NCBI RefSeq assembly: GCF_000973505.1
Contig: NZ_CP010048.1
Span: 510,001 to 542,000, forward strand
Origin: Candidatus Saccharimonadota bacterium
GTDB taxonomy: Bacteria > Pseudomonadota > Gammaproteobacteria > Enterobacterales > Enterobacteriaceae
Direction: 5' to 3'
Length of the DNA stretch: 32,000 bases
The notes under the pieces were generated by a model. It searched no databases and had not been told where the DNA came from. It saw only the letters and a list, made by a program, of their open reading frames with translations. The position numbers were made by a program, and so were the translations under genes. Below are positions 29,872 to 32,000 of this stretch, piece after piece; the first letter of the stretch is position 1, and each line of letters starts with the position of its first letter.

Positions 29872-30612
29872 ATGATTATACCAGCATTAGATTTAATGAA
29901 CGGCAATATAGTAAGACTATATCAGGGATGCTTTCATAAACAACGAATTTATTCAAATAATCCACTTCTATATTTAGAAAAATATTTTCAACAAGGCGCT
30001 AAAATAATACATCTAGTAGATCTAGAAGGAGCAAAAAATCCAACCAACCGACAAATACACTTACTCCATAAATTATTACGTGCCAACCAACACAACAATC
30101 TCCAAATAGGAGGAGGAATACGTTCTACAAAAGATATTGCAGATTTATTAAAACTTGGTGCCAAACGTGTCGTGTTTAGTTCACAAGGAATTAAAAATCC
30201 ATACAAAACTAAAAAATGGTTTGAATATTTCGGCTCTGAATCGTTGGTATTAGCAATAGATATACGAATGAACTCAACAGGAACTAATAATGTCGTCATT
30301 AATGGGTGGCAAACAAATACTACTACAACATTACAAGAAATAATTGAACAATATCACAATATTGGTTTAAAACATGTTTTATGCACTGATATTTCAAAAG
30401 ATGGTACATTAACAGGAAGTAATACTATTTTGTATCAAACAATATGTAAAACATGGCCTGATATTAAATTTCAATCGTCAGGAGGCATTAAAAATTTAGA
30501 TGAAATACATAAATTAAGAGATACTGGTGTTACAAGTATCATTATTGGACGTGCCCTTTTAGAAGAAAAGTTCACTATATCGGAGGCTATCTCATGTTGG
30601 CAAAACGCATAA
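29872..30612 (+). CDS. hisA: ProFAR isomerase
   Basis: 246 aa. [36 protein letters not shown] and the C-terminus CWQNA match E. coli HisA. Confidence 0.96.
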   Translation: MIIPALDLMNGNIVRLYQGCFHKQRIYSNNPLLYLEKYFQQGAKIIHLVDLEGAKNPTNRQIHLLHKLLRANQHNNLQIGGGIRSTKDIADLLKLGAKRVVFSSQGIKNPYKTKKWFEYFGSESLVLAIDIRMNSTGTNNVVINGWQTNTTTTLQEIIEQYHNIGLKHVLCTDISKDGTLTGSNTILYQTICKTWPDIKFQSSGGIKNLDEIHKLRDTGVTSIIIGRALLEEKFTISEAISCWQNA

Positions 30613-31370
30613 TTCCATGTCTAGATGTACACAATGGACAAGTGGTTAAAGGTCGACAATTCCGTAATCATAACATTGTTGGCAATATTATTGATCTGGC
30701 GCAACGATATGTTCAAGAAGGTGCTGACGAATTAATATTTTACGATATTACAGCATCTCCGAATAATCGGACAGTTAATAAATATTGGATAAATCAAGTA
30801 GCAGAAATTATTAATATCCCATTTTGTGTGGCTGGAGGTATTAATACTTTAACACAAGCTAAAACAATTCTTTCTTGCGGAGCTGATAAAATTTCAATAA
30901 ATTCACCAGCTTTATTAAAACCAATATTAATCAAACAACTTTCTGAATCCTTGGGTAGCCAGTGTATTGTAGTTGCCATTGACAGTTGGTACAATGAAAA
31001 GAAAAATATTTATCAAGTAAAATATCACACCGGAGATACTACTTGCACAAAAACAACTAACTGGCAAACGATACAATGGATACAACAAGTGCAAAATTAT
31101 GGAGCTGGAGAAATTGTACTAAATATGATGAATCAAGACGGTATGCAACAAGGATACGATATAAAACAATTACAAGATATCAAAGAAATTTGTCAAATTC
31201 CACTCATCGCTTCCGGAGGTGCTGGCACGCTATACCACTTCTTAGACGCTTTTCAACAAACAAAAATAGATGGCGCACTAGCAGCTTCAGTATTTCATAA
31301 AAACATAATCAACATAAATATATTAAAACAATTTTTACAAAAAAATGGAATAAACGTTAGATTATCTTAA
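30594..31370 (+). CDS. hisF: imidazole glycerol phosphate synthase, cyclase subunit
   Basis: 258 aa, as in E. coli. [56 protein letters not shown] and IASGGAG are present. It overlaps hisA by 19 nt. GGAGG lies 7 nt upstream. Confidence 0.96.
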   Translation: MLAKRIIPCLDVHNGQVVKGRQFRNHNIVGNIIDLAQRYVQEGADELIFYDITASPNNRTVNKYWINQVAEIINIPFCVAGGINTLTQAKTILSCGADKISINSPALLKPILIKQLSESLGSQCIVVAIDSWYNEKKNIYQVKYHTGDTTCTKTTNWQTIQWIQQVQNYGAGEIVLNMMNQDGMQQGYDIKQLQDIKEICQIPLIASGGAGTLYHFLDAFQQTKIDGALAASVFHKNIININILKQFLQKNGINVRLS

Positions 31371-31409
31371 AATAAAACACATACTACTATCTCACTAAAT
31401 TGGAAGAAA

Positions 31410-31994
31410 TTGATGCACAACCTAACTCCAACAATTATCCAACATGCTATTTCAGGTGAAGTGCTAATGTTAGGATATATGAATGATGAATCAATAAAAA
31501 TAACAAAAAATAGTGGCTATGTAACATTTTTTTCTCGCAGTAAAAAAAGATTATGGACAAAAGGAGAAACATCTGGAAATCGATTACAATTCATTCGTGC
31601 TTACGAAGATTGTGATAAAGATACATTACTCATGTTAGTTCTTCCAAATGGACCAACTTGCCACAAAAATAATAGTACTTGTTTTTATCCTGCTATGACC
31701 GATTGGGGGTTTTTATATAAATTAGAAGAAATTGTAAAAAATAGAAAATGTTCATATTTAAAAAACTCATATACTAAAAAACTATACGCTAGTGGAAGCA
31801 AACGAATTGCACAGAAAGTTGGAGAAGAAGGAATAGAAACCGCTTTAGCTGCTGTAACACAAAACAAAAAAGAACTTATTAACGAAGCCGCTGACCTAAT
31901 TTATCACTTATTGGTTCTTTTAGAAACACAATCTTTAAATTTAACTAATATTATCAAATGTTTGCATGATCGACACAACAAAATTATTACATAA
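31410..31994 (+). CDS. hisI: bifunctional phosphoribosyl-AMP cyclohydrolase / phosphoribosyl-ATP pyrophosphatase (HisIE)
   Basis: 194 aa from the TTG at 31410; an ATG follows immediately at 31413 and is the more likely start. IQHAISGEVLMLGYMN, FFSRSK.RLWTKGETSGN, GPTCH and YT.KLYASGSKRIAQKVGEEG.E match E. coli HisI. It is about 9 aa shorter than E. coli at the N-terminus. Confidence 0.93.
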   Translation: MMHNLTPTIIQHAISGEVLMLGYMNDESIKITKNSGYVTFFSRSKKRLWTKGETSGNRLQFIRAYEDCDKDTLLMLVLPNGPTCHKNNSTCFYPAMTDWGFLYKLEEIVKNRKCSYLKNSYTKKLYASGSKRIAQKVGEEGIETALAAVTQNKKELINEAADLIYHLLVLLETQSLNLTNIIKCLHDRHNKIIT

Positions 31995-32000
31995 TAATAT

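Noticed and set aside
1-32000. A search for CRISPR arrays, IS elements, integrases, phage genes, toxin-antitoxin pairs, defence genes and rRNA.
   Set aside because: I found no regularly spaced direct repeats, no terminal inverted repeats flanking an ORF, no transposase-like or integrase-like translation, and no rRNA-like G+C-rich conserved stretch anywhere in the window.

Overview
This window reads as an A+T-rich, highly reduced gammaproteobacterial (Enterobacterales) genome of the insect-endosymbiont type. The gene content and order look most like Candidatus Blochmannia, but I cannot confirm the organism without a search.

I support 25 protein genes, 3 tRNA genes and one probable gene relic. 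Almost all are housekeeping or nutritional:
- pabB (5' partial), yoaE, manXYZ, cspC, htpX, zwf, pykA, mepM (yebA), yebC, aspS, argS, mdtH
- tRNA-Ser(GGA), tRNA-Ser(CGA), tRNA-Asn(GUU)
- a gutQ-type arabinose-5-phosphate isomerase, yeeX, sbcB
- a complete, tightly packed histidine operon, hisGDCBHAFI

The gene order is a collapsed but collinear copy of the E. coli K-12 pabB-to-his region, as I remember that map. The intervening genes are replaced by featureless AT-rich spacers of 100-600 bp.

Several ORF-track starts are over-extended. I corrected them by homology and Shine-Dalgarno position for yoaE, cspC, pykA, aspS, argS, gutQ and hisH.

I see no rRNA, CRISPR array, transposase, integrase, phage gene, toxin-antitoxin pair or defence-like gene. 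I do not find evidence for a novel multi-gene system here.

The items worth a second look are signatures of genome erosion and lost regulation:
- a stop-riddled yobF relic kept in frame upstream of cspC
- loss of the his leader/attenuator
- an N-terminally shortened hisI
- small tandem duplications in two spacers
- A10 tracts inside pykA and argS
- tRNA genes without an encoded CCA, and an enlarged variable loop in tRNA-Ser(GGA)
- an orphan gutQ
- retention of the uncharacterised yeeX
- a uniform strand compositional skew
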